Assembly (NCBI GenBank): GCA_963674865.2
Contig: CAXXYE010000002.1
Coordinates: 160,001 to 224,000 of the forward strand
DNA from: Candidatus Hydrogenedentota bacterium
GTDB lineage: Bacteria > Hydrogenedentota > Hydrogenedentia > Hydrogenedentales > SLHB01
Direction of reading: 5' to 3'
DNA length: 64,000 nt
A model generated the notes under the pieces. That model was not told the DNA's origin, ran no database searches, and was given only the letters and a program-made list of their open reading frames with translations. Below, piece after piece: positions 28,967 through 37,757 of the stretch (the stretch's first letter is position 1; each line of letters begins with the position of its first letter). The position numbers and the translations under genes are program-made.

Positions 28967-29945
28967 ATATCCCTACGGGTTCCGCATTTGCGGCCCCTGC
29001 AGCGGCGAGCGGCGTCTTACAGACGCCGCCGCCGTGTTTGCGGCATACAGCGCCTGTGACGAACGGTTGGACCTGGCCGCAGAGGCCTATCTATCGGCCT
29101 ACCAGTACCCGGGGGTGTTTGCCCAGCACCTCCGGGGCACAGGCAGTACCAAAGGGTATAGCGGCCCCTGCTGGGCCCCGTGGGTCTGGGTAGATATTGA
29201 TGTGCCCGGGGATCTGGCGGAGGCGACGGACCAGGCCCGTCGGTACTGCGCAACGACGGTCCAGAACGCGGACAGTCTCGGAGACGATGACGTGCTCGTG
29301 TTCTTCTCCGGGTCCAAGGGGTACCACATCGGGCTCCCCACGGTCCTACTGGACGCCAAGCCCGCGGCGGATTTCCACCAAACCGCCCGGGCCTTTTGCG
29401 AACACCTGGCCTCCGAGGCCGGCGTGTCCATCGACACGGCCATCTATGACCGGGTGCGGGCGTTCCGCGCCCCCAACTCCCGGCATCCCAAGACGGGCCT
29501 GTACAAGCGCCGACTACGGCTGGAGGAAGTCATGCACCTGGCGCCGGAGGGCGTGGTGGCCCTGGCCTCCAGTCCGGGGCCTTTCGAGGTGGGGCACCGT
29601 GAAGACGTGTCCTTCTACCTGGCGCGGTGCTGGGCGGATGCCCAGGATCAGGCACGGGTCAGGGAGAAGGAGCGCGCGACGTGGAGAACCTGTTCCGCTG
29701 GTGACGGAGGTCGTCTAAGCCAAGCGACACGGGGTTTCCTTCGGGACGGCGCGGAAACGGGCGAACGCGCCCGGCGGCTGTTTGCGGCCGCGGCGGAGCT
29801 GACCGAACGGGGCTGCCCGCCGGACCTCGTCCATAGTCTCCTCGAAGAGCCCGCCCTGGACAGCGGCCTGACCCCGAGTGAAGTCCGCCGCCAGGTGGCC
29901 TGTGGCTGCGAGCACGTCAAGGATGATGATCGTGCCCACGTATAG
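28953..29945 (+). CDS. Archaeo-eukaryotic-type primase/polymerase
   Basis: WVDID, FFSGSKGYH, IDTAIYD, FRAPNSRH motifs. Confidence 0.8.
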   Translation: MVSREYPYGFRICGPCSGERRLTDAAAVFAAYSACDERLDLAAEAYLSAYQYPGVFAQHLRGTGSTKGYSGPCWAPWVWVDIDVPGDLAEATDQARRYCATTVQNADSLGDDDVLVFFSGSKGYHIGLPTVLLDAKPAADFHQTARAFCEHLASEAGVSIDTAIYDRVRAFRAPNSRHPKTGLYKRRLRLEEVMHLAPEGVVALASSPGPFEVGHREDVSFYLARCWADAQDQARVREKERATWRTCSAGDGGRLSQATRGFLRDGAETGERARRLFAAAAELTERGCPPDLVHSLLEEPALDSGLTPSEVRRQVACGCEHVKDDDRAHV

Positions 29946-30765
29946 GGTGGCCGAAGACGTCCTGGACACGTTGCGGGAGAACCTCCTCTCCGGGAAGACG
30001 CCCGTCCGCTACCCCGTTGGGAAGGATGAGCTGGCACGGATCGAACTCGGTCCTGGCCTGGTCGTTCTGGTAGGTGGCGCGCCGGGTGCCGGTAAGACGG
30101 CCTTCACGATGCAATGCGTCACGGATGCGCTCCGGCTTACGCCGTCGTTGCGTGCCCTTGTCTGTAACGTGGAGATGTCCCCCGCGGTCTTGCTCGAACG
30201 GCAACTGGCGCGGTTGTCCGGTATTGACCTCACAACCATTCGCCGCCGGACCCTCGGCGAGGAGCATGCGGACCGCGTGGAGTTCGGGCTCAAGACCTTG
30301 GGGAGTGTTGCGGACCGGCTGGCCTTCCTGCGCCCTCCGTTCACGTTGGAGAATGTGGCGGACAGCGCGGACGCATGGCGCCCGGACCTGATTCTACTGG
30401 ACTACATCCAGCGGCTCGTACCGCCCGGCCAGCATGACAGCCGGCGCGGCTCCGTGGACGCGACGATGAATCATCTTCGCGAATTCGCTGACGCGGACAC
30501 GGCCATGCTGGTGGTATCTGCCGTGGGCAGGTCCCGGGACCAGTACGGCCGGAACACGTACAAGGGCGAGGGCCTGAACCTGGCCAGCTTTCGCGAGTCC
30601 AGCGAGTTGGAGTTCGGGGCGGATTCCGCGTGGATACTTGTCCCGGGTGAAGACCCTGAAGAGGCAGGCGTCACGCTGAAACACCTCAAGGACCGGTACG
30701 GTGAGATGCGGGACATACGGCTACAGTTCGACCGACGGCGCCAGGCCTTTTGCCCAGAGACTTAG
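29923..30765 (+). CDS. DnaB-like (SF4) helicase
   Basis: GGAPGAGKT, NVEMS, LLDYIQ, FRESSELEFGAD, KDRYG motifs. Confidence 0.88.
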   Translation: MMIVPTYRVAEDVLDTLRENLLSGKTPVRYPVGKDELARIELGPGLVVLVGGAPGAGKTAFTMQCVTDALRLTPSLRALVCNVEMSPAVLLERQLARLSGIDLTTIRRRTLGEEHADRVEFGLKTLGSVADRLAFLRPPFTLENVADSADAWRPDLILLDYIQRLVPPGQHDSRRGSVDATMNHLREFADADTAMLVVSAVGRSRDQYGRNTYKGEGLNLASFRESSELEFGADSAWILVPGEDPEEAGVTLKHLKDRYGEMRDIRLQFDRRRQAFCPET

Positions 30766-30789
30766 AAAGCAAGAACAAGGATGGCGTGA

Positions 30790-31158
30790 ATGAAGACTGA
30801 TAGGGTCCTGAAAGGGTGTGAAGTGCTTCCTCCCATGGAGGAGACCGAGACTGCAGCATCGCCGAAGAAGAGGTCCAGGAAGGGCCGACGCTTCCGCGTG
30901 CTGAACGATTTTGTGGACTACACCCTGGCACGGGTGCCGCGTACCGATGCCGCCGTGTGGCTGGTGCTCTACCGCGATGCACGGAATGGTCTGGCGCGGA
31001 CGGCCCAGGCGGACCTTGCCCGGCGCGCCGGTGTTTGCCGGCGGACCGTGGTGCGGTCGATCAAGCGGCTCAGGGACTCAGGATTGCTTGAGCTGGTTCG
31101 GCGCGGCGGACTGAACCGCGGGCCTTCAGTGTACCGGGTACGGGCCGTAGGGCCGTAG
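30790..31158 (+). CDS. Winged-HTH replication-associated protein
   Basis: AQADLARRAGVCRRTVVRSIKRLRDSGLLELVRRG. Confidence 0.8.
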   Translation: MKTDRVLKGCEVLPPMEETETAASPKKRSRKGRRFRVLNDFVDYTLARVPRTDAAVWLVLYRDARNGLARTAQADLARRAGVCRRTVVRSIKRLRDSGLLELVRRGGLNRGPSVYRVRAVGP

Positions 31159-31422
31159 GGCCGTAGGACCCGGCGGATTTCAGGTGAGGGGCGGCAGCAG
31201 GGAAGGTCCTAAATTGTCGCTGTACCCCCGAAAAGCGCCTCGAGAGTCGACGAACGGCCCGTCCGGAGGGTCATGGTAGCCCTAAAGGGAGAAAAGCGTT
31301 TCTTGGGTCCCGAAATGCAGGTTTTTGTGCATGGCAAAGCAAGCTACCTCAGCAGGTGCCACGTAATGGCACAGGCACGTGTGACAACCAGGGTCGTTTA
31401 ACGGTGCCATTAGATGGCACAG
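31142..31422. repeat. Putative origin region: GGGCCGTA x3 and two GTGCCA-N5-TGGCAC palindromes
   Basis: 8-bp tandem at 31142-31165; palindromes at 31356-31372 and 31404-31420, each followed by AG. Confidence 0.5.
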
Positions 31423-31648
31423 ATCCCATAAAGGGAATGGGTGCCGTGTGCATAACACGGGACACAGACACAAAGAATGGGGTATAGGATCACTTGAAAA
31501 AATGATGACGGAAAGCCGGGATAGGGTAATGGACATCTCAGACGTATTGATGAAGACGATACGACCCGAGCTGTCTTTTGGCGGGGTCATGGGGATATGA
31601 TGATGAGGCAACGGGGATAAGCGCTCTAAGCGTGAAGAATGCAGAGAG

Positions 31649-33325
31649 GTGGTAGCCGTGGGCACTGTGTTCAAGAAAACCTATACCAAGCCGCTGGCCG
31701 AGGGGACGGAAATCGTCACACGCAAAAACGGGCGGTTTGCGCAATGGCGAGACCGAAACGGGCGAAAACGATTGGCCAAGGTGACGACGGGCAGGGGCGG
31801 CACGCCGCGGATGCTCGTGGAATCCGGCGTTTATGTGGCAAAGTACCGGGACGGGAGCGGCCGCATTGTAACGGTGTCCACGGGATGCCGCGACAAGAGT
31901 GCCGCGCTGGCCGTGCTCTCCGACCTCGAGGCGCGCGCCGAGAAGGTCAGGGCGGGGGTCGTAACGCCGGCTGAGGATGCAGTGCGGGACCATCAAGAAA
32001 CGGCCCTGGCTCAACATATCGCTGAATACGTCAGTTACCTGCGTGCGAACGGCTCTACCCAAGGTCATTGTGATGACCGCGAGCGGTATCTCCTCCGCTT
32101 ATCGCGTGATTGCCGGTTTGGGATGCTGCGTGACATGGACCGCACATTGTTGGAAGGTTGGTTAACGGCGCGGGCGAGCGAAGGGATGTCCGCGCGTAGC
32201 CGGAATGCTTATAGGACAGCCGCGTTGGCGTTCTGCAATTGGTGTGTTCGTGAGAAAAGACTCATGGCCAACCCGTTTGCCGGAACACCTAGGGCCAATG
32301 AAAGGGTGGACCGGCGCCGGCAGCGCAGGGCGCTGACTGCGGACGAACTACAACGTCTCCTCGCGGCGGCGCAACAGAGGCCTTTGCTGGATCGGCTCAA
32401 GAAGAACCGCGGGGCGGGCGTCGCCAATCTGACGCCCACAACACGACGAAGGCTCGAGCGCCTGGGTCAGGAGCGGGCGCTGATCTACAAAGCGCTCGTG
32501 CTTACCGGACTGCGAAAACGCGAACTGGCCTCACTGACGGTGGGGCAGCTGGAGCTCAACGGGAGCAGGCCCTACGCCGAACTCCTCCCCGCGGGCGAAA
32601 AGAACCGGCAGGGGTCACGGATCATGCTCCGACGGGACCTGGCGGAGGACCTAAGGTGCTGGCTCGATGCAAAGCTCAAGCAGCGTAGGGAGGAGGCCCG
32701 GGCGCAGGGAGCGCCGGTTCCCGTGCATTTGCCCAGTGCTACGCCGTTGTTCACCATGCCCGACAAGCTGGTGAAGATACTCGATCGTGACCTAGAACTC
32801 GCGGGCATACCGAAACGTGATGAGCGTGGTCGGACGGTCGATGTGCATGCGCTGCGGCATACCTTTGCCACGCACCTGAGCAAAGGCGGCGTGCCCCTGC
32901 GCACGGCTCAAGCGGCGATGCGGCACAGCGACCCGCGACTTACGGCTAATACATACACGGACCCGCAGTTGCTAGACGTGGCGGGGGCACTTGAGGTGTT
33001 GCCGTTGTTACCTCTCGCTAACGACGAGGGCGGCAAGAAGGAAGGCGAAGCTGCTGCGACAACGCGAACGCTTGCACCAATGCTTGCACCAAATCCTGGC
33101 CTAGCATGTCCATTAGGGGGCAAAACTGACAAAAACGCTGGCAAAAGGGGCACGAGGGTGGGCGTTAGGGATGCAGCAAGAAAAGGCAATAATGACAGGG
33201 GTTTTCATGCCCTGACACGTGATGACAAAGAGGAAGAATGGTCGGGGCGGCCGGATTTGAACCGGCGACCCCCTGCTCCCAAAGCAGGTGCGCTAACCGG
33301 ACTGCGCTACGCCCCGACGAGGTAA
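31649..33325 (+). CDS. Tyrosine recombinase/integrase; reading frame continues through the antisense of the tRNA
   Basis: TGLRKREL, HALRH, MRHSD..LT..TY catalytic motifs; the C-terminus WSGRPDLNRRP is translated tRNA antisense. Confidence 0.92.
   Translation: MVAVGTVFKKTYTKPLAEGTEIVTRKNGRFAQWRDRNGRKRLAKVTTGRGGTPRMLVESGVYVAKYRDGSGRIVTVSTGCRDKSAALAVLSDLEARAEKVRAGVVTPAEDAVRDHQETALAQHIAEYVSYLRANGSTQGHCDDRERYLLRLSRDCRFGMLRDMDRTLLEGWLTARASEGMSARSRNAYRTAALAFCNWCVREKRLMANPFAGTPRANERVDRRRQRRALTADELQRLLAAAQQRPLLDRLKKNRGAGVANLTPTTRRRLERLGQERALIYKALVLTGLRKRELASLTVGQLELNGSRPYAELLPAGEKNRQGSRIMLRRDLAEDLRCWLDAKLKQRREEARAQGAPVPVHLPSATPLFTMPDKLVKILDRDLELAGIPKRDERGRTVDVHALRHTFATHLSKGGVPLRTAQAAMRHSDPRLTANTYTDPQLLDVAGALEVLPLLPLANDEGGKKEGEAAATTRTLAPMLAPNPGLACPLGGKTDKNAGKRGTRVGVRDAARKGNNDRGFHALTRDDKEEEWSGRPDLNRRPPAPKAGALTGLRYAPTR
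33070..33092 (+). repeat. Direct repeat GCTTGCACCAA x2 (possible integrase arm-type sites)
   Basis: Copies at 33070-33080 and 33082-33092, about 150 bp from the tRNA 3' end. Confidence 0.5.
33239..33316 (-). tRNA. tRNA-Pro (anticodon UGG), CCA encoded
   Basis: Reverse complement CGGGGCGTAGCGCAGTCCGGTTAGCGCACCTGCTTTGGGAGCAGGGGGTCGCCGGTTCAAATCCGGCCGCCCCGACCA folds as a cloverleaf. Confidence 0.97.
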
Positions 33326-33396
33326 AAGGATCTTATCACAAGTGTTGGGGGGCGGCCAAGCGGCCGCGCCAGACGACTTGGCGATTGGGGGATGTC

Positions 33397-36192
33397 CTAT
33401 TTTAGCGTCAGCCGCAGCGTGACGACCTTCTTTTTCCCGACGTCGAATCGCAGGGATTTGCCGCGGGCCTGCAATGGCGTGATCTCTTCTTCTTCCATGG
33501 ACACCAGGGCGGCGGCGTCGATGGCTCGGAAGAGCTTCAACTGGCCTTGGGCGGCGCGGTTCGTAGGATTGAAGACGCGCACGATAATGCCGTTGCCGTC
33601 TTCTGCCTGTTTGATGGCACTCAGCACCAGCGCCCCGGGGGACAATTCGAGGAAGCTCTGACGCTTCGGCAAATCGCCGCCATGGGCGCCTGTCTGGGCG
33701 GGCTGCATGGGCACGGCCAGGTGTTCCGCTTCGCACTGGACTTCGGCCTGATCCCACGTGCCCGCGTGCGGGTAGATGAGGTACCGGAATTCGTGGGCGC
33801 CGGGGCTTTGGGAGAGTCGCATCTCAGGATGCGGCTCCCACCGCCAACTTACGGTGGTTAGTGAGACCTCGTACGCGCGCATCAGGGTGAGGGCGATGGT
33901 GCGCTCGGCGTCGGCGGTCACCTGGTACTCGCGCAGGCCGTCGTTGATCACCGCCAAACCGGTGATCGCGTCGCCCACGTCGACGAACCGCTGCATGGGG
34001 AAGGTCGCGTTGACGCCGCCGTACCAGGGACTGTCCGGGCCGAACTCGATCTCCCGCTCGACGACGTCGAAGGCCGACTCGACGTGGCAGTGTTTGGCCG
34101 AGGCGAGGCCGGTGGGGAACATCACGCGAAGGCGGTGGTTGTCGGCGGTGTTGTCGAAGCGCGTCAGCACCTCAAGGCCGCGGGCGCCCTTGCGGAGCGT
34201 GATGTATGAGGTGATCGTGAGCGGGCGCGTCTCCGCGGTGCGGCGTGAAGCGCTGCCCGCACCGTCGAGGCGCTGCCAAGGATCGCCGCCGTTCTCATCC
34301 AGTCCGGCGGGCACTGTCATTTTGTACTCGATGCGGTAGCGGGCCAGCAGGGGGCCGTTTTCTTCGAGGGCGATGGTAACGGGACAGCCGTGGGAGGTGA
34401 CGATCTCGTCGATGGCCGGCTCGATGTGCATCCACGCGTGGCCCGCCTCGCCGCTGTCCTCGAAATAGTGGAGTCCTTCGAAGACTTGGCCGGTGCGTTT
34501 GTGCTTGATGGTGAGTGTGCCATCGCCCGCGATGCGGACGCGGAGGTTCTCGTTTTCCATGGTGTTACGGCCGCACACCAGGCCGCCCCGCGTGAAGAGG
34601 CCCTCGCGGTCGACGCGGTAGGTGGCGTAGCCCATCGGCGGAATCTGGTGGGCGTCGAGATGGATGGTTACCTGCTCGCAATCCATCATTGCCGTGGCGT
34701 CGCCGGGGTGATTGACGACGGCGTGATGCGGGCGGCGCGTTGCCACCTGGACGGCGGCGGGGCGCCCGTTGTCGGCGCGAACCAAGGCGAACTCTTGCGA
34801 GGCCAAGTCCTTGGGAATATCGAGGACGGCCGTGATGACCTCGGAGCGGCTATGGGGCGACGCGTTGAACACCGTCAGCACGACATCGTCCTTGCCGACG
34901 TCGGCATTGTCGATACGGCTCTGGATGTACTCGAGGCTTCGGCGTCTGAGTCCGCCGGCGATGTTGCTCACCTGGCGGAGGCGATCCGTCACGTCGCGTT
35001 CGATATCGTCTACGCCGCTGCCGGCGATGCTGTCGTGGGCGTGGCACTTGAGGAGCGTCTTCCACGCGAGATCGAGGAACGACGCAGGATAGGCCGCGCC
35101 CAGGCACGACGCCAGGGCGGCATAAGGCTCGGCCCAGCGCTGGAGCACGTGCTCGGCGAGTGCGTTGAGTCGTTTCATGCGAGTACGGCTCGACAGCACG
35201 TCGCTGTATAGATGGACGCGGCCGTTCATGAGCTTCGGCGTGCGGCGTTCGCCCTTGAGCACCGTCAGGTTCTTGGCGGCCTTCTTCACCTTGGCCATCA
35301 AGTCGGGGAGGGTGCTGTGGGAGATGGTGTCAGGCGCCAGGATCTCTTCGGCTTCCTTGATGATCTTCAGTTCGGCCTCGTCGCCGATGCTGCTGTCATG
35401 GCCCATCATGAAGGCCAGAAACTTCGTAGTGGCGACTTCAGTCTCTGCGTCGCGCAATTCGCGGAGGCAGCGCTCGAGTTCCTTCCGGTAGAAGTGGCGG
35501 GGCGGGTCGAGGAGAAGGTGCTGGCTGAGCGCGCTGTCTGTGTCGCACAGGTGGAAGGGGAGCCCGCCTTTCGACCAGTCGTACTCGCGGTCGTAGAGCC
35601 CGCCGCCGCAGACGACGGGGCGGTAGACGAGGTGGTAAAAGTTGTAGCGGGCCATCGAACTCATCTGCGAGGCGAGTATGCGCGTGCCGTCGGCGCCCTC
35701 GAAGAGGAACTCGTTGGGCACTTCATCGTGGGAGACGCCGTGGTAGAAGAGCATGGTGTCAATGCCGAATCCCGCGTAGATCTGCGGCATCTGGGAGTTC
35801 TGGCCGTAGGAGAAGGGCGTGTGGCCGACCTTCATCACGTTGCCTAATGCACCGGCGACGCGATGGCCATAGAGGAGGTTGCGCACGAGCGATTCGCCGT
35901 TCACGTTGAATGCCTCTGGGCAGGTGTACCACGGCCCGACGAGCAGGTGCCCCGCGGCGACTTGGCTCTTAACCTCGTCGGTGCGCTCGGGCCTTATCTC
36001 GAGATAGTCCTCGATGGGCACGGCCTGGGAATCCAGGAGAAAAGAGCGGTACTCGGGGTGCTTGTCCAGAATATCGAGCAGCCCGTCCAAGAACTCGGCG
36101 AGCATCATCCGCGTTTCCTGGAAATTGCACAGCCATTCCCGATCCCAGTGGGTGTTCGAGATCACGTGAATCTCGTGCGTCTTCTTCGGCAT
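33397..36192 (-). CDS. GH38 alpha-mannosidase family protein
   Basis: HVISNTHWDREW, GESLVRNL, HAHDSIAG, HRLRVMFP motifs. Confidence 0.92.
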   Translation of the reverse strand: MPKKTHEIHVISNTHWDREWLCNFQETRMMLAEFLDGLLDILDKHPEYRSFLLDSQAVPIEDYLEIRPERTDEVKSQVAAGHLLVGPWYTCPEAFNVNGESLVRNLLYGHRVAGALGNVMKVGHTPFSYGQNSQMPQIYAGFGIDTMLFYHGVSHDEVPNEFLFEGADGTRILASQMSSMARYNFYHLVYRPVVCGGGLYDREYDWSKGGLPFHLCDTDSALSQHLLLDPPRHFYRKELERCLRELRDAETEVATTKFLAFMMGHDSSIGDEAELKIIKEAEEILAPDTISHSTLPDLMAKVKKAAKNLTVLKGERRTPKLMNGRVHLYSDVLSSRTRMKRLNALAEHVLQRWAEPYAALASCLGAAYPASFLDLAWKTLLKCHAHDSIAGSGVDDIERDVTDRLRQVSNIAGGLRRRSLEYIQSRIDNADVGKDDVVLTVFNASPHSRSEVITAVLDIPKDLASQEFALVRADNGRPAAVQVATRRPHHAVVNHPGDATAMMDCEQVTIHLDAHQIPPMGYATYRVDREGLFTRGGLVCGRNTMENENLRVRIAGDGTLTIKHKRTGQVFEGLHYFEDSGEAGHAWMHIEPAIDEIVTSHGCPVTIALEENGPLLARYRIEYKMTVPAGLDENGGDPWQRLDGAGSASRRTAETRPLTITSYITLRKGARGLEVLTRFDNTADNHRLRVMFPTGLASAKHCHVESAFDVVEREIEFGPDSPWYGGVNATFPMQRFVDVGDAITGLAVINDGLREYQVTADAERTIALTLMRAYEVSLTTVSWRWEPHPEMRLSQSPGAHEFRYLIYPHAGTWDQAEVQCEAEHLAVPMQPAQTGAHGGDLPKRQSFLELSPGALVLSAIKQAEDGNGIIVRVFNPTNRAAQGQLKLFRAIDAAALVSMEEEEITPLQARGKSLRFDVGKKKVVTLRLTLK

Positions 36193-36343
36193 CGTGTCTC
36201 CTCCACGCGCTTATTCAGCTTCGCTTACTTTGGCCCGCACAGAAAGGTCGTGTTCACCAAATGTGACTGGAACGGCCTATTGTTGGCCAGTGGGAGGGAC
36301 TTGTCAAGCTCCTTACACGCTCGGGCGGCGGGCAGGGGCCGTA

Positions 36344-36490
36344 TCAGCCGTGCAGTTTCTTGTACGCCCGGCAGGCGGGGCAGTACTTCTGGTAGGAGGC
36401 GATGGCTTTGGCGAGCTTGGATTCGGGACGCCAGCGGCCGTAGATACAGACGGGGCAGAGCGCGCAGATGAACGCGAGGATCTTGTTCAT
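36344..36490 (-). CDS. 48-aa Cys-rich small protein, copy 1
   Basis: MNKILAFICALCPVCIYGRWRPESKLAKAIASYQKYCPACRAYKKLHG; GGAGG RBS; mostly synonymous differences from copy 2. Confidence 0.8.
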   Translation of the reverse strand: MNKILAFICALCPVCIYGRWRPESKLAKAIASYQKYCPACRAYKKLHG

Positions 36491-36518
36491 GATGCCTCCT
36501 CGGCCGCGGCGGCGGCCA

Positions 36519-36637
36519 TTAACTGGTGACTTCCGTTCCCACGGGGCAGCGGAAGCAGCGATCGCCCAAGGCGGCCATGAACGCTTGCGTCGCGGCTTCT
36601 CCCGTGCAGTGGGCCAGTCCGATGTGCTCGACGTCCC
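36519..36637 (-). pseudogene. Orphan 3' fragment of the MBL-fold gene
   Basis: VEHIGLAHCTGEAATQAFMAALGDRCFRCPVGTEVTS is nearly identical to the C-terminus of 39715-40548. Confidence 0.85.
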
Positions 36638-36696
36638 GGGGAAATAAAGCGGAAATAAACGGAAATAAAGGGAAATAAAGGGACAGACTACGAATT
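36638..36696 (+). repeat. RAYT-associated motif with a GGAAATAAAG tandem array
   Basis: Four ~10-bp units, then GGGACAGACTACGAATT at 36680-36696. Confidence 0.85.
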
Positions 36697-36734
36697 AAGT
36701 TGAATCTCCTGGCCGAAGGCGCTACACTCGGCAC

Positions 36735-37167
36735 ATGAGTCGGGTAGCACGAGTGGTGGTACCGGGTTTGCTCACCACGTTACGCAACGGGGGAATCGGC
36801 GGGCCGACGTGTTCGAGACAGACGGGGGCCGCAAGGCCTGAGGTCGCGGGACGCCCACACGGTATAGGCCATGCACTTTAATGGCCGCACGCACATGTGC
36901 GAGGCCCACCTGTGGGCGGGTGGTGTATGATCTACGGAGTTTCCCCTGGCGGGGACAACATCGGATTGGTGCACATGGCTGTACGAGGGCGAAGAGTATG
37001 ACAGTGTCGAGCGTACTCGCCGCGACACGAAGACGGATCGGTCTTGCGGGTCGGCACCTTTCCTTGCTCAACTTGAGGAGCTTCTCAGCCGTCCGCTGTA
37101 TCCCGGCAAACGCGGTCGCAAACCCAACTTCTCAACGCGTTCCCAACAGGCCCCGAAACAAGGGCCT
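36735..37167 (+). pseudogene. Degenerate REP-associated tyrosine transposase (RAYT), internally deleted
   Basis: MSRVARVVVPG/AHHVTQRGNRRADVF with a frameshift and stops; HUH segment missing; 3' part paralogous to 37405-37652. Confidence 0.8.
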
Positions 37168-37275
37168 AATTCGTAGTCTGTCCCTGCAATTCCCCTGCAA
37201 TTCCTGCAATTCTCTGCAATTCCTTAATTCGTAGTCTGTCCCTGCAATTCCTGCCTGCAATTCCTCTGCAATTCC
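37168..37275 (-). repeat. Two RAYT-associated motifs, each with CTGCAATTC tandem arrays
   Basis: AATTCGTAGTCTGTCCC at 37168-37184 and 37226-37242, each followed by 3-4 TGCAATTC units. Confidence 0.85.
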
Positions 37276-37661
37276 TGGACGAGACCCACCTGTGGGCGGC
37301 GGTTCGTTACGTCGAGCGCAATCCGGTGCGGGCGGGCTTGGTCGAGCGCGCGGAGGAGTACGCGTGGTCCAGCGCGGCCGGCCATTGCGCATTGCGGGCA
37401 GACGGTGTATTATCCCAGGAGTTCCCCCCGGCGGAGGTGATACAGGACTGGCGCGCATGGCTACACGAAGGGGAGGATGATGACAGCGTCGAGCGCATTC
37501 GGCGGGACACGAAGACCGGTCGGCCCTGCGGATCGGCATCGTTCCTTGTCCAACTCGAGCTCCTCCTCAGCCGCACCTTGCGTCCCGGCACACGCGGCCG
37601 GAAACGCAAGTCCCGACTGGATTCAGCACGGCCCCCTGGAAAGAAGCGGAGAAATTCGTAG
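37275..37661 (+). pseudogene. RAYT transposase 3' half (5'-truncated)
   Basis: LDETHLWAAVRYVERNPVRAGLV...YAWSSA...TGRPCGS.F motifs, including the catalytic Tyr region. Confidence 0.85.
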
Positions 37662-37710
37662 TCTGTCCCTTTATTTCCTCTTTATTTCCTTTATTTCCCC
37701 TTTATTCCCC
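37653..37710 (-). repeat. RAYT-associated motif with a TTTATTTCC tandem array (inverted partner of 36638-36696)
   Basis: AATTCGTAGTCTGTCCC at 37653-37669, followed by four TTTATT(T)CC units. Confidence 0.85.
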
Positions 37711-37757
37711 CACCTCCACTCTCGCCTGAGTCGTGCACGGATAGGGAGAAAAACTCA

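Larger units (their letters stand above)
8828..33238. mobile_element. tRNA-Pro-linked integrative island (satellite-like core plus BREX); left boundary uncertain
   Basis: Integrase converges on the tRNA 3' end; alpA-primase-helicase module; defence genes; no tRNA duplicate found to fix the left end. Confidence 0.6.
36340..36637. repeat. Direct repeat copy 1 (pairs with 39536-39833): 3' end of the MBL gene plus the small gene
   Basis: Manual alignment: about 22 mismatches over about 298 bp, no gaps, offset 3196. Confidence 0.9.

Noticed and set aside
26503..33325. Intact prophage or ICE
   Set aside because: No capsid, terminase, tail, lysis, relaxase or conjugation genes in the window
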